The notes under the pieces: generated by a model | What the model was told of the DNA's origin: nothing | The model's database searches: none | Seen by the model: the letters and a program-made list of their open reading frames with translations, nothing else | Position numbers and translations under genes: made by a program | Origin: Cyanobacteriota bacterium | Lineage (GTDB): Bacteria; Cyanobacteriota; Cyanobacteriia; Thermostichales; Thermostichaceae | Length of the DNA: 64,000 bases | Assembly: GCA_033764955.1 (NCBI GenBank) | Contig: JANRIL010000020.1 | Location: 64,001 to 128,000 of the forward strand | Direction of reading: 5' to 3' | Shown: one piece after another, positions 39,108 through 47,938 of the stretch | Position numbering within the stretch: position 1 is the first letter of the stretch | Layout: the number at the start of each line of letters is the position of its first letter

Positions 39108-41102
39108 CTAGGGCAAAACCGTATCGGAACGAACGGAGAGGTTCTGAATTCGCAGATCGTCGCTAGCCGGAACATCGGGCTGCTCAAATGTGCCAATTGC
39201 CTCTAGGTAGACAGCAAGGGCATTTTGCTCAGCCCCCACCGTATCAAACTCAGTGTCAGCATCTTCTGGCACCAGATCAACACGATTATAGGTAGCTTCA
39301 TAGTTGGGGAAGGGATAGTCATCCCCACCATCCGCCAAAAAGCCCAGGGTGACAACCCGATAGGTCTTGCCGGGATCCACCACCACTCCGTTAGCCACAA
39401 TCGGCTCGATCACCGCTCCGGTGGCATCGATCAACGCCATCGAAATCACCCGATCTCCTGCCGGCAAAGCGGGATCAAAACTGAAGGCGATACCCCCCAC
39501 TTGTGGGAAGCGACCAGGGGTAGCTCCAGGGGCAGCGGTAGCCACACCATGCTCAACCACCTCCAACAACTCACTAGCCGTGAGGGTGAGAATGGACAGG
39601 GCATTATTGAAACGGAGGGCATTTTCGATGTCAAGCTGAGAAATCTCGCCGTCCTCTTTGCCCGTTAGCTCGTTGGCCAGAGGGGGAACTCGTTCTCCAT
39701 CATCCCCAGGCAAAACCGCCCCAATCGAGGCGCGAATGCCCCCGCCATTTTTGATCGAAACCGCCGTACTGGGATCCACCGTTTGTGCGAGAGCCAAGTT
39801 AGCATCTGCCGTCAAGTTACCCAGGTTGGTTTCTTCGGAACGAACGCTCTGCCGCTCTCCATTCAAAAACTCGGTGGTGCTGCCAAAGATATTGCCATCT
39901 TTTTCGATCAAAATAGCTTCTACCTCGTCCACGGCGGCCACAACTTCCGAGTTAGGAGCCGCATTACCGGTTTCCGCGACCCCCTGATCATCGGTAGGAT
40001 ACGGACCGCTCAGATCATCAATAGCGGACAGCACACCGTTGGCATCAAAGCTAGCCACCAAGCGACCGACGTAGCGATATTCCCGATCCGTATTGACAAC
40101 AGCAACAGGAGTGCCGGTAGCGGTGCGATAAAGCAGGGGATAGGGGCCAGAGGGATCCTTGCCAAACTCGGTGCGGATGCGCTCCCCAGGGTTAGCCAGC
40201 AGGGTATCGGAACCTCCGGCAATAATCACATCCACATCCCGGAGGAGGGGAGCTAAGCCAATTTCGTTGGCAAGTTGTTGCAGGTGAGCCAAGACAATAA
40301 TTTTGTCGATGCCCTGGGAAGTCAGTTGGTCGATGGAGGGCTGAACGATAGAAGCCAAGGCACTCAGTTGCGAGCTCGAAGCACTGCTGTCCCAATCATC
40401 GGGAGCAACCCCTACTCCTCCTGGACTGGAGATGGAGCGTAGTTCAGGGGTAGTGATGCCGACAATACCAAACGTTTCGCCGTTTACCGTAATCACCGTG
40501 GACTTGGCAAGGCTATTGGGAATGGTACTGGCTTCTTGTCCATCGCCCACCACTAAGCCTGACAGAGCCGAATCAGTGCTGAAGTCGAGGTTGGCACTCA
40601 GATAGGGAAATCCAACAAAATCTCCAATCAACCCCCCTAGGGTATTGGTGCCTAGGTCAAACTCGTGGTTGCCCAAAGCTCCGGCCTGAAAGCCAATGGC
40701 GGTATTGATCACATAATCCGCTTCACCCCCTGTGGCATTAAAGAAGGGGCCAGGAATGATCACATCTCCTGAGGTGAGCAGGAGGTTGTTGGCAAATTGG
40801 GGAAGTAAGCCATTCACCACCGAGGAAAAACGGGGGGCATCTTCGATGGCGGCAACACCTGCCTCTTGGTCAGCCGCGTGTAAAATCTGCACCGTAAAAG
40901 CGGCAGGAGAAGCCGAAAGAGTGGCATTGGGATCGCTCTCAAAAACGGTACCGCCGCTGCCAGGGCTGACTCCGGTAGCATTATCGCCACAGGCTGCTAG
41001 GGTTAAAGCTGGTGCTAGTCCGGCTAGAAGCAAACCAAGGGTGGTCAGACAGCGTTGCCCCAAGGACTTGCTTGCAGGCTGGGGGGTCAATTTTGCATTC
41101 AT
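39108..41102 (-). CDS. Bifunctional metallophosphatase / 5'-nucleotidase lipoprotein
   Basis: LAA-C lipobox; QILHAADQE, SGD, GNHEFD, ETNLGNLTADA, NGGGIRA, FLADGGDDY. Confidence 0.9.
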   Translation of the reverse strand: MNAKLTPQPASKSLGQRCLTTLGLLLAGLAPALTLAACGDNATGVSPGSGGTVFESDPNATLSASPAAFTVQILHAADQEAGVAAIEDAPRFSSVVNGLLPQFANNLLLTSGDVIIPGPFFNATGGEADYVINTAIGFQAGALGNHEFDLGTNTLGGLIGDFVGFPYLSANLDFSTDSALSGLVVGDGQEASTIPNSLAKSTVITVNGETFGIVGITTPELRSISSPGGVGVAPDDWDSSASSSQLSALASIVQPSIDQLTSQGIDKIIVLAHLQQLANEIGLAPLLRDVDVIIAGGSDTLLANPGERIRTEFGKDPSGPYPLLYRTATGTPVAVVNTDREYRYVGRLVASFDANGVLSAIDDLSGPYPTDDQGVAETGNAAPNSEVVAAVDEVEAILIEKDGNIFGSTTEFLNGERQSVRSEETNLGNLTADANLALAQTVDPSTAVSIKNGGGIRASIGAVLPGDDGERVPPLANELTGKEDGEISQLDIENALRFNNALSILTLTASELLEVVEHGVATAAPGATPGRFPQVGGIAFSFDPALPAGDRVISMALIDATGAVIEPIVANGVVVDPGKTYRVVTLGFLADGGDDYPFPNYEATYNRVDLVPEDADTEFDTVGAEQNALAVYLEAIGTFEQPDVPASDDLRIQNLSVRSDTVLP

Positions 41103-41175
41103 GGCTAAGAGTTCCCGTCACAATACCTCACTGGCAATAGGCTAACAGGGATCCCTGGTTATCTTGTTTATTAAG

Positions 41176-41205
41176 CTCTTAAAGAAAGTTTAAGTAACTA
41201 TTAAC
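41176..41205 (-). promoter_or_regulatory. Putative Pho box (SphR site)
   Basis: Minus strand GTTAATAG-TTA-CTTAAACT-TTC-TTTAAGAG: three TTAA-core 8-mers at 11-bp period upstream of a phosphatase. Confidence 0.55.
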
Positions 41206-41221
41206 AATGTAATCTGACAGT

Positions 41222-41548
41222 TTAGGTGGCTGAAGCCCCCGGCAGTAGCCGTAATCGAATCCTACTCTTCAGAGTGCGAGGTTCAGTTGCAATGCAATCA
41301 CTGTCCTTTGTCATCATCACAGCATTTTCATCTTGTGCTGCTTCAAAAACTTCAACATCTTGAGTATCTCGAAGGGATAACTCTCGCAGCGCAGATACTT
41401 CTAACCCAAAGGTTGATGATAGCCAGTTTGCTAGCGTTGGAGGTAACTGGGTATCAACCCAAATCTTCATCTCTCGAATGCAGGGACAACCACCACACTG
41501 ACCAGGGGTTTGGGTAGTGCGGCTAAGCAAATTGGCTGTTGCGTTCAT
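41222..41548 (-). pseudogene. Collapsed DUF433/DUF5615 (PIN) toxin-antitoxin remnant
   Basis: DUF433 start (SRTTQTPGQCGGCPCIR) fused to a PIN start (MKIWVDTQLPP...TKDSD), then truncated. Confidence 0.7.
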
Positions 41549-41741
41549 GATGAGGTGTTAAGCTATTCTGTCTACTTCCATCTTATTGAGTAATCATGAT
41601 GCACCTGCCAGCCAACAGGTTACAGCAGCGGAGAGTGCTGATCTCGATGTTGGGCTGCTTGATATCCTGTTGGGGACGGTGCTTGGATGTTATCTGTGAG
41701 CCTCTTGTGCTGTGATAGATTAAGCGTCAAACAAGTAGTTT

Positions 41742-42065
41742 ATGCAAGCGATGCCTGTACAAACGAAAGCCCAAGTGCTAGCTCTGCTCCAGGAGTATCA
41801 CCAAGAGTTACACCGCTTGGGAGTGAGACGTTGCGGCGTTTTTGGTTCGTTTGCCCGTAACACTACAATTCACCCTCAAAGTGATGTTGATATTTTGGTT
41901 GCTTTTGATCCAGACCAGAAAACGTTTGATAACTTTATACACTTATCCTTTTTTCTAGAAGATCTTTTTGGTAGAGCGGTTGGCCTCATTACTATAGAAT
42001 CATTGAGTCCTTATATTGGCCCGCGTATTTTAGCTGAGGTCGAGTATGCCTCCCTAGGCTCGTGA
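41742..42065 (+). CDS. Minimal nucleotidyltransferase (MNT) antitoxin
   Basis: GVFGSFAR...SDVDILV...LEDLFGR...LSPYI. Confidence 0.88.
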   Translation: MQAMPVQTKAQVLALLQEYHQELHRLGVRRCGVFGSFARNTTIHPQSDVDILVAFDPDQKTFDNFIHLSFFLEDLFGRAVGLITIESLSPYIGPRILAEVEYASLGS

Positions 42066-42390
42066 ATATTTACAGCATATTCTTGATGAAACGACTTACA
42101 TCATGACGAGTTCTACGAGTTTAGACAAGACGAAATTTATGCAAGATGAAACGCTGAAGCGTGCTTAGGCTCGTAGTATTGAAGTAATCGGTGAAGCGGT
42201 CAAACAGTTGCCAGATGAGTTGCGTCAAAAATATGATGCTATTGAATGGCGGACTATGGCTGGGATGCGTGATCGATGGATTCATCACTACTTTGGTGTT
42301 GACTATGACATTGTTTGGGATGTTGTAGTCAATAAAATCCTTGCACTGGATGCCGAAATTAGATTAATGCTTAAGCAGGAGTATCCGTAG
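42046..42390 (+). pseudogene. HEPN (DUF86/HepT-like) toxin with two in-frame TAG stops
   Basis: MPP*AREYLQHILD...KRA*ARSIEVIGEAVK...GMRDRWIHHYFGVD; stops at 42055 and 42166. Confidence 0.85.
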
Positions 42391-42422
42391 GTCGGGCATT
42401 GAAAACAATGGTATGTGCAGCA

Positions 42423-42509
42423 TCCCAACAATCCCAAGGCATCGGAACAAAGTTATGCGATCGGTGAGTTGCCAAGGTTATCGGTGTCCGGTGATTGGGA
42501 ACGTTATCT
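42423..42509 (+). other. attC-like site closing the MNT-HEPN cassette
   Basis: TCCCAAC..TCCCAA...AAGGTTATC...TTGGGA-AC-GTTATCT. GCATCCCAAC complements the cassette start GTTGGGCTGC at 41649 (9/10). Confidence 0.65.
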
Positions 42510-42573
42510 GCCACGGCTGATTTGAGTGGTTACGAAGCTTTTGCGGATCCAGATAAGACAGGATTTAATAGCC

Positions 42574-42966
42574 CTAGAAAGAATCTGAATTCGGTTGAAG
42601 TGGAGGAAATTGAGCCAAGATCAAGGGATCCCCTAGCCAGCCGTACTCCTGCAAAGAAATCCGCCCTTTCTCATCAAAGCGGATCCCTTCCGCCTCCAAT
42701 AAAACCCGCTGCCATTGGTCACTACCTAACCGAAACGGGGAGTAGGAAATGGATCCCTGAGCATTCACCACCCGTTGCCAGGGCACGGCAGAGTCCTCCC
42801 CCCGGCAGCGAAACAGGGCATAACCCACTTGCCGAGCATAGCCGGGATAGCCGGCCCAAGCAGCTACTTGTCCATAGGTCGCCACTTTACCCGCCGGGAT
42901 CCCCTGCACCACCGCATAAATGTGGGCATAGAGGCGGGAACGGGGTGAGGAGGGGTGGGAATTCAT
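42574..42966 (-). CDS. Alkyltransferase-like (ATL/MGMT family) protein
   Basis: IPAGKVATYGQVA, ARQVG, VPWQRVV (Trp in place of the catalytic Cys). Confidence 0.88.
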   Translation of the reverse strand: MNSHPSSPRSRLYAHIYAVVQGIPAGKVATYGQVAAWAGYPGYARQVGYALFRCRGEDSAVPWQRVVNAQGSISYSPFRLGSDQWQRVLLEAEGIRFDEKGRISLQEYGWLGDPLILAQFPPLQPNSDSF

Positions 42967-43016
42967 AAGTATGATGATCCCATATCCCAAGCTAAGGGGA
43001 AACTCCCCGGATCCCA

Positions 43017-43280
43017 ATGAACGGTATTGCCCCGTTTCCGATACACCTAAAATTGTTTGCCATCTATCAAGAGGTGATTGGCAGCCCCGAACTCACCCTG
43101 CTGGTGTCACCGGGTACCTCCGTTCAGCAACTTTGTGATGAGTTAATCGAGCAATATCCCGTGCTAGCCCGTTGGAAAACTCAAACCCGTTTTGGGGTCA
43201 ACCTTAGTTTTGTCGAGGGAGACACGCTCCTGCAACCTGAGGATGAAGTGGTGCTGATCCCACCAGTGAGTGGCGGCTAA
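43017..43280 (+). CDS. moaD: MoaD/ThiS sulfur carrier
   Basis: KLFA...DEVVLIPPVSGG C-terminus. Confidence 0.85.
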   Translation: MNGIAPFPIHLKLFAIYQEVIGSPELTLLVSPGTSVQQLCDELIEQYPVLARWKTQTRFGVNLSFVEGDTLLQPEDEVVLIPPVSGG

Positions 43281-43415
43281 ATCCCCTCAGAATCTTGAGA
43301 ATTTGTTGACTTTCGGGTTGTTCTATCCTTTGATAACCGAATCTGGCCAGATCCAAGCGGAATGAGAGTGTTACGATGGCACTCAATAAAAGCAAAATGA
43401 AAGGCAGAATCCACA

Positions 43416-45551
43416 ATGGCGGAATATACAAAGTCAATTTCCTTTTATGGACGGGAAATTGATGTCAATATTGGCTTGCTCGCTCCTCAGGCAGGGTGCG
43501 GAGCCTGGTTAACGTCGGGAGAAACGTCTATTTTGGTCACCGCCACTCGTCAGCCGGGACGGCCTGGGATCGATTTTATGCCGCTGCTGGTGGACTACGA
43601 AGAGCGCCTCTATGCGGCAGGGCGGATTCCGGGGGGATATCTGCGGCGGGAAGGTCGCCCACCGGAACGAGCCACGCTGATCTCCCGCCTGATCGACCGT
43701 CCGATTCGTCCACTTTTTCCAGAATGGCTGCGGGATGATGTGCAGATTGTGGCCACAACCCTCTCGGTGGATGACAAAGTTCCCCCCGATACCCTCTGTA
43801 TTTTAGGGGCTTCTCTGGCGATCCGCCTGGCCGGGATCCCTTTTATGGGTCCGGTGGCCGCCGTGCGGGTGGGGCTGGTGGAAGATGAATTTATCATTAA
43901 CCCGACCTACGCCGAAGTAGAGGCAGGGGATTTGGATCTGGTCGTGGCGGGAACGGCGGAAGGGATCATCATGGTGGAGGCAGGGGCGAATGAACTGCCG
44001 GAAAAAGACGTGATCGAGGCAATCGAGTTTGGCTATGAGGCCATTCAGGAGTTATTGGCCGCCCAAAACCAAATTTTTGCCGATCTGGAATCCCCCGCTG
44101 AACAGGGATCCCCCCCTGCACCCAACCTGGAGCTAGCCAGCTTTGTGGCGGAACATAGCCAGGTTCAAATCAAAGCGATTCTCAAACAGTTCCTCGATAA
44201 AACCTCCCGCGATAGCCAACTGGATGCCCTCAAGGATTCCTTAACCAGCCTGGTCGAGGCAAGACCGGAAATGGATCCCCTGCGAGTGCTGCTCACCGAA
44301 AACCCCAAAGACCTGGATGCTGCCTTCAAATCTCTCGTGAAAAAGCAGATGCGGCTGCAAATTATTGAAGAGGGAGTGCGGGTGGATGGACGCAAGCTGG
44401 ATGAGGTACGTCCCATTCAATCGAAGGTGGGGCTGATCCCCCGTGTGCATGGCAGCGGCTTATTTACCCGGGGGCTGACGCAGGTGTTGTCGATTGTTAC
44501 CCTGGGCACACCGGGGGATGCTCAGGAGCTAGATGATCTGCACCCCACCGACGAAAAACGTTACCTGCACCACTACAACTTTCCCGCCTTTTCAGTGGGA
44601 GAAACCAAACCCTCCCGCTCCCCCGGACGGCGGGAAATTGGGCATGGGGCATTGGCAGAGCGGGCTTTGGTTCCGGTTTTACCCAGCCAAGAGGACTTCG
44701 CCTATGTAATTCGTGTCGTTTCTGAGGTGCTCTCCTCCAACGGTTCCACCTCGATGGGATCCGTCTGTGGTTCCACCCTCTCCCTGATGGATGCGGGCGT
44801 TCCCCTAAAAGCTCCCGTCAGCGGGGTGGCGATGGGCTTGATCAAAGAGGGGGATGAGATCCGCATTCTGACGGATATTCAGGGCATTGAAGACTTTTTG
44901 GGGGATATGGACTTTAAGGTGGCGGGCACCACCCAGGGCATCACCGCCCTGCAAATGGACATGAAGATCACGGGCATTCAGGTCGATACCATCGAAAAAG
45001 CCGTCATTCAGGCCGGAGCCGGTCGCCAGTTTATTTTGGAAAAAATGCTGGAAACCATCGGCACTCCGCGGCGTCAGTTGGCCGCCTCTGCCCCCCGTCT
45101 GCTCAGCTTCCGTGTCGATCCCGATGATATCGGAAAGATTATTGGGCCAGGGGGCAAGATGATCCGCAGCATCACCGAAGCCACCGGAGCCAAGATCGAT
45201 ATCGCCGATGATGGCACGGTGACAGTAGCGTCTTCCCAGGGATCCCAGGCCGAGAACGCCCAACGCATGATCGAAGATCTCTTGCGGCGAGTGGAAGAAG
45301 GCCAGGTGTATTTGGGGAAAGTCACCCGTATCATGCCGTTTGGGGCGATTGTGGAGTTCTTGCCAGGAAAAGATGGCATGGTGCATATTTCCCAATTGGC
45401 TGACTATCGCGTGGGTAAGGTAGAGGATGAAGTCGCGGTAGGAGATGAAGTAGTGGTGAAGGTACAGGGCATCGACCGTGGCAAAGTCAAACTCACCCGC
45501 CTGGGGATCAGTCCCGAAGAAGCCGCCCAAGCCCGTGCCCAATCCAGCTAA
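43416..45551 (+). CDS. pnp: Polyribonucleotide nucleotidyltransferase
   Basis: Two RNase PH domains, RREIGHG, SNGSTSM, DFKVAG, KH and S1 domains. Confidence 0.97.
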   Translation: MAEYTKSISFYGREIDVNIGLLAPQAGCGAWLTSGETSILVTATRQPGRPGIDFMPLLVDYEERLYAAGRIPGGYLRREGRPPERATLISRLIDRPIRPLFPEWLRDDVQIVATTLSVDDKVPPDTLCILGASLAIRLAGIPFMGPVAAVRVGLVEDEFIINPTYAEVEAGDLDLVVAGTAEGIIMVEAGANELPEKDVIEAIEFGYEAIQELLAAQNQIFADLESPAEQGSPPAPNLELASFVAEHSQVQIKAILKQFLDKTSRDSQLDALKDSLTSLVEARPEMDPLRVLLTENPKDLDAAFKSLVKKQMRLQIIEEGVRVDGRKLDEVRPIQSKVGLIPRVHGSGLFTRGLTQVLSIVTLGTPGDAQELDDLHPTDEKRYLHHYNFPAFSVGETKPSRSPGRREIGHGALAERALVPVLPSQEDFAYVIRVVSEVLSSNGSTSMGSVCGSTLSLMDAGVPLKAPVSGVAMGLIKEGDEIRILTDIQGIEDFLGDMDFKVAGTTQGITALQMDMKITGIQVDTIEKAVIQAGAGRQFILEKMLETIGTPRRQLAASAPRLLSFRVDPDDIGKIIGPGGKMIRSITEATGAKIDIADDGTVTVASSQGSQAENAQRMIEDLLRRVEEGQVYLGKVTRIMPFGAIVEFLPGKDGMVHISQLADYRVGKVEDEVAVGDEVVVKVQGIDRGKVKLTRLGISPEEAAQARAQSS

Positions 45552-45608
45552 GCGGGATCCCTTCCGCCTGCCGAGTCCGCCATTCAGCCAATCGATCGGT
45601 AGGAAACC

Positions 45609-47681
45609 GTGATGAAGCAGGCATCCCAGCGGCATCCACTCTGGCAGGGCATCAATTTCCTCCAGCATCGTCAACCCTCAGGAAGTTGGCAATGGCGGCG
45701 CATTCCCTGGGGGTTAGCCTGGGGAGTTGGCTGGGGAACCCTGCTCTGCTTGACCTCCTCTGGCCCCCTCCTTTACCGCCTGGAGAGCGATGCCCGCCAA
45801 GCCCTGTTTCGCCTGCGGGGATCCCAAACCGTCGCCCCTGAAGTAGTGGTCGTGGGCATCGACGGCAAGATCGAGGGCAGCAACCAGACGATTGACTTTT
45901 TGTTGGATCGAGCCAATTACGCTGGCTTGACCCTAAAACTGCTGCAAGCAGCGCAGGCCAAAGTGGTGGTCTTAAATTTGCCCAGCAGCTTTGTCGTACC
46001 CCAAACCCTTGGCAATGAAGATCTCGATGCCCCTCTGCGGCAACTGGTTCAGCAATATCCTGACCAATTGGTGCTAGCCACCCGCAGCAGTGAAAGTTTT
46101 CGTCAAGCCGAAATTAGCATCTACAACCAATTCCTGCCGTTTTCTTCGTTGTTGTTGGAGTATTTGGTTCCCCCCGAAGAAGTGCAGGGGGTCGTGCAAT
46201 ATCGGCTGGATGCCGCCGGGGTTTTGCGGCAAGCCTATTTGTGGGGGAACTATATTCGACGGGATAGCCAGACCTTACAGGGGTTTGCCTCCGTGGAGGC
46301 GCTGGCGATTGCCAAACTTGACCGAGAACGCGCTCGTCAACTCTTCCGTCCCGGTCGGCAACGGCTAGAGTTTAACCCCCTTGAGGCGGAGGCCGGTATC
46401 CCGATTCTGCCTATCGAAGCCCTTTGTCCGCCCCCCCCTATCAATAACTGTAGTGATCCCCAAACCGAACAGGTCTTGGATCCCGACCTGAAGCGCCAAC
46501 TGCAAGGCAAGATTGTTTTGGTGGGATTTGTGGATGGCTATACGGAAACCTTTCCGGTGCGAATTGCCAATGGCCGACAGGTGGCGGCTGTGGAACTTCA
46601 AGCTCAAATTATTTCCAGTCTGCTGCAAGGCACACAATACCACTCAATTCCTGTGGGGTTATCCTGGCTGGTGATTGAGCTGTCCGCCATCCTGACGGGG
46701 GTATCCCTAGCCGCCAATGGGCAACGACTACGCCTAAGATGGCGGCACCTGATAGGACAACAGCGGTTGATGTGGCCGCTTGCGGCGCTATTGGTCTATC
46801 TTGCCTGGGCTGTAGCTCAATTTTTCTTTTGGCGACAGATCTGGCCCCTCACCCTGCCCTTTTTGGCCTGCGGCTTTACTATGCTAAGTGTAGTGCTGGC
46901 TTTGGTGCTGCTGCAAAATCGGGATCGCTTGATTGCTCAACAACTGGAATTGGAACAACTGCGGCGGGTGGAGCAGGAAGCGATTACCGATCAAGCCCGC
47001 AAACTCCTCTATCGGGTGGCTACCGACATTCATGATCAGGAGCTACAAGAACTAAAGCTAGTCATGGATGCTCTGGAAAGTTGGCAATGGCAGCAAACCC
47101 AGGGTCAACCCCCCGACCTTTCGCAATATGATCCCCTCCTGGCTCAACTGGAAGGCATTGGCCAAGGGATCCGCGACCAACTCAATGATGTGCGAACCCT
47201 CGCCAGCAAATTGAGTATTTCTCCTACCCTGCGGGAGGGACTGCATCAAGGGATGGATCACTATCTGAATGGGCTGATCGAAGTGGGGATGCTCACCCTA
47301 CCCCTCAAGCGACACCTGCAACCCCTGCAAGAAGCTCCCACGAGCGAGTGGTTGGATGCGCGGGAGGATATCATGCGCTTTTTGCGGGAAGCCATGGCTA
47401 ACGTGATCGGGCATGTGCAACCCCCCAAGGGCACCGCCACTTTTGTCGAAGTCAAGCTGACCCAGCGCCAACACCACTGTCAACTGCTCGTCATTAACGA
47501 TGGGGTTGAGTTAGCCACCACCCGTCGCGGCGGATACGGCAGCAAAGCCATGAATACCATTGCCAGTTATTTACCCAAGGGATCCTGGCAGCGCACCCTC
47601 CTCCCCAACCACCTCACCTGTGTGGAACTCCACTGGGAAATGCCGGAAATACCCAGCGGGGATCCCCCCACCGATTTTTGA
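45609..47681 (+). CDS. CHASE2 sensor with HisKA_3-like/HATPase output (divergent histidine kinase)
   Basis: VVVVGID, GKIVLVG, VELQAQII; TM helices; DIHDQELQ; EAMANV..H, NDG, GGYG. Confidence 0.8.
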   Translation: MMKQASQRHPLWQGINFLQHRQPSGSWQWRRIPWGLAWGVGWGTLLCLTSSGPLLYRLESDARQALFRLRGSQTVAPEVVVVGIDGKIEGSNQTIDFLLDRANYAGLTLKLLQAAQAKVVVLNLPSSFVVPQTLGNEDLDAPLRQLVQQYPDQLVLATRSSESFRQAEISIYNQFLPFSSLLLEYLVPPEEVQGVVQYRLDAAGVLRQAYLWGNYIRRDSQTLQGFASVEALAIAKLDRERARQLFRPGRQRLEFNPLEAEAGIPILPIEALCPPPPINNCSDPQTEQVLDPDLKRQLQGKIVLVGFVDGYTETFPVRIANGRQVAAVELQAQIISSLLQGTQYHSIPVGLSWLVIELSAILTGVSLAANGQRLRLRWRHLIGQQRLMWPLAALLVYLAWAVAQFFFWRQIWPLTLPFLACGFTMLSVVLALVLLQNRDRLIAQQLELEQLRRVEQEAITDQARKLLYRVATDIHDQELQELKLVMDALESWQWQQTQGQPPDLSQYDPLLAQLEGIGQGIRDQLNDVRTLASKLSISPTLREGLHQGMDHYLNGLIEVGMLTLPLKRHLQPLQEAPTSEWLDAREDIMRFLREAMANVIGHVQPPKGTATFVEVKLTQRQHHCQLLVINDGVELATTRRGGYGSKAMNTIASYLPKGSWQRTLLPNHLTCVELHWEMPEIPSGDPPTDF

Positions 47682-47786
47682 AGGGATCCCTTTTGTCCTC
47701 CTCATTCCCAGTTAGCTCCACGTGGAATGGCCAGAGGAGGCACTAGCGGTAGAGCTGCCAGCAAGTTATCCCCCCATATCTCAAGC

Positions 47787-47930
47787 TGTGGAAAACTCCC
47801 GCCAAACTCGGGATCATTCTCTGTGGAAAACTGACCTCCTGTGGAAAACCCCTGAAAAGCTGTGCAAAAGCCAGCTTTGCCTGTGGAAATGTTGGAAGGG
47901 TTTCTGGGCTGGATCCAAACCTGTGGAAAA
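47787..47930 (-). promoter_or_regulatory. Cluster of six co-oriented DnaA boxes (cyanobacterial TTTTCCACA)
   Basis: TGTGGAAAA at 47787, 47822, 47840 and 47922; TGTGCAAAA at 47861; TGTGGAAAT at 47882; all intergenic. Confidence 0.75.
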
Positions 47931-47938
47931 CTCTTAAT

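Noticed and set aside
44805..45674. 289-aa minus-strand ORF and similar long antisense ORFs (e.g. 32373-33032, 30972-31622, 1560-2051)
   Set aside because: Shadows of confidently assigned opposite-strand genes, with no recognisable motifs.
47722..47937. 71-aa ORF with repeated LWK/VEN
   Set aside because: A translation by-product of the DnaA-box repeats.
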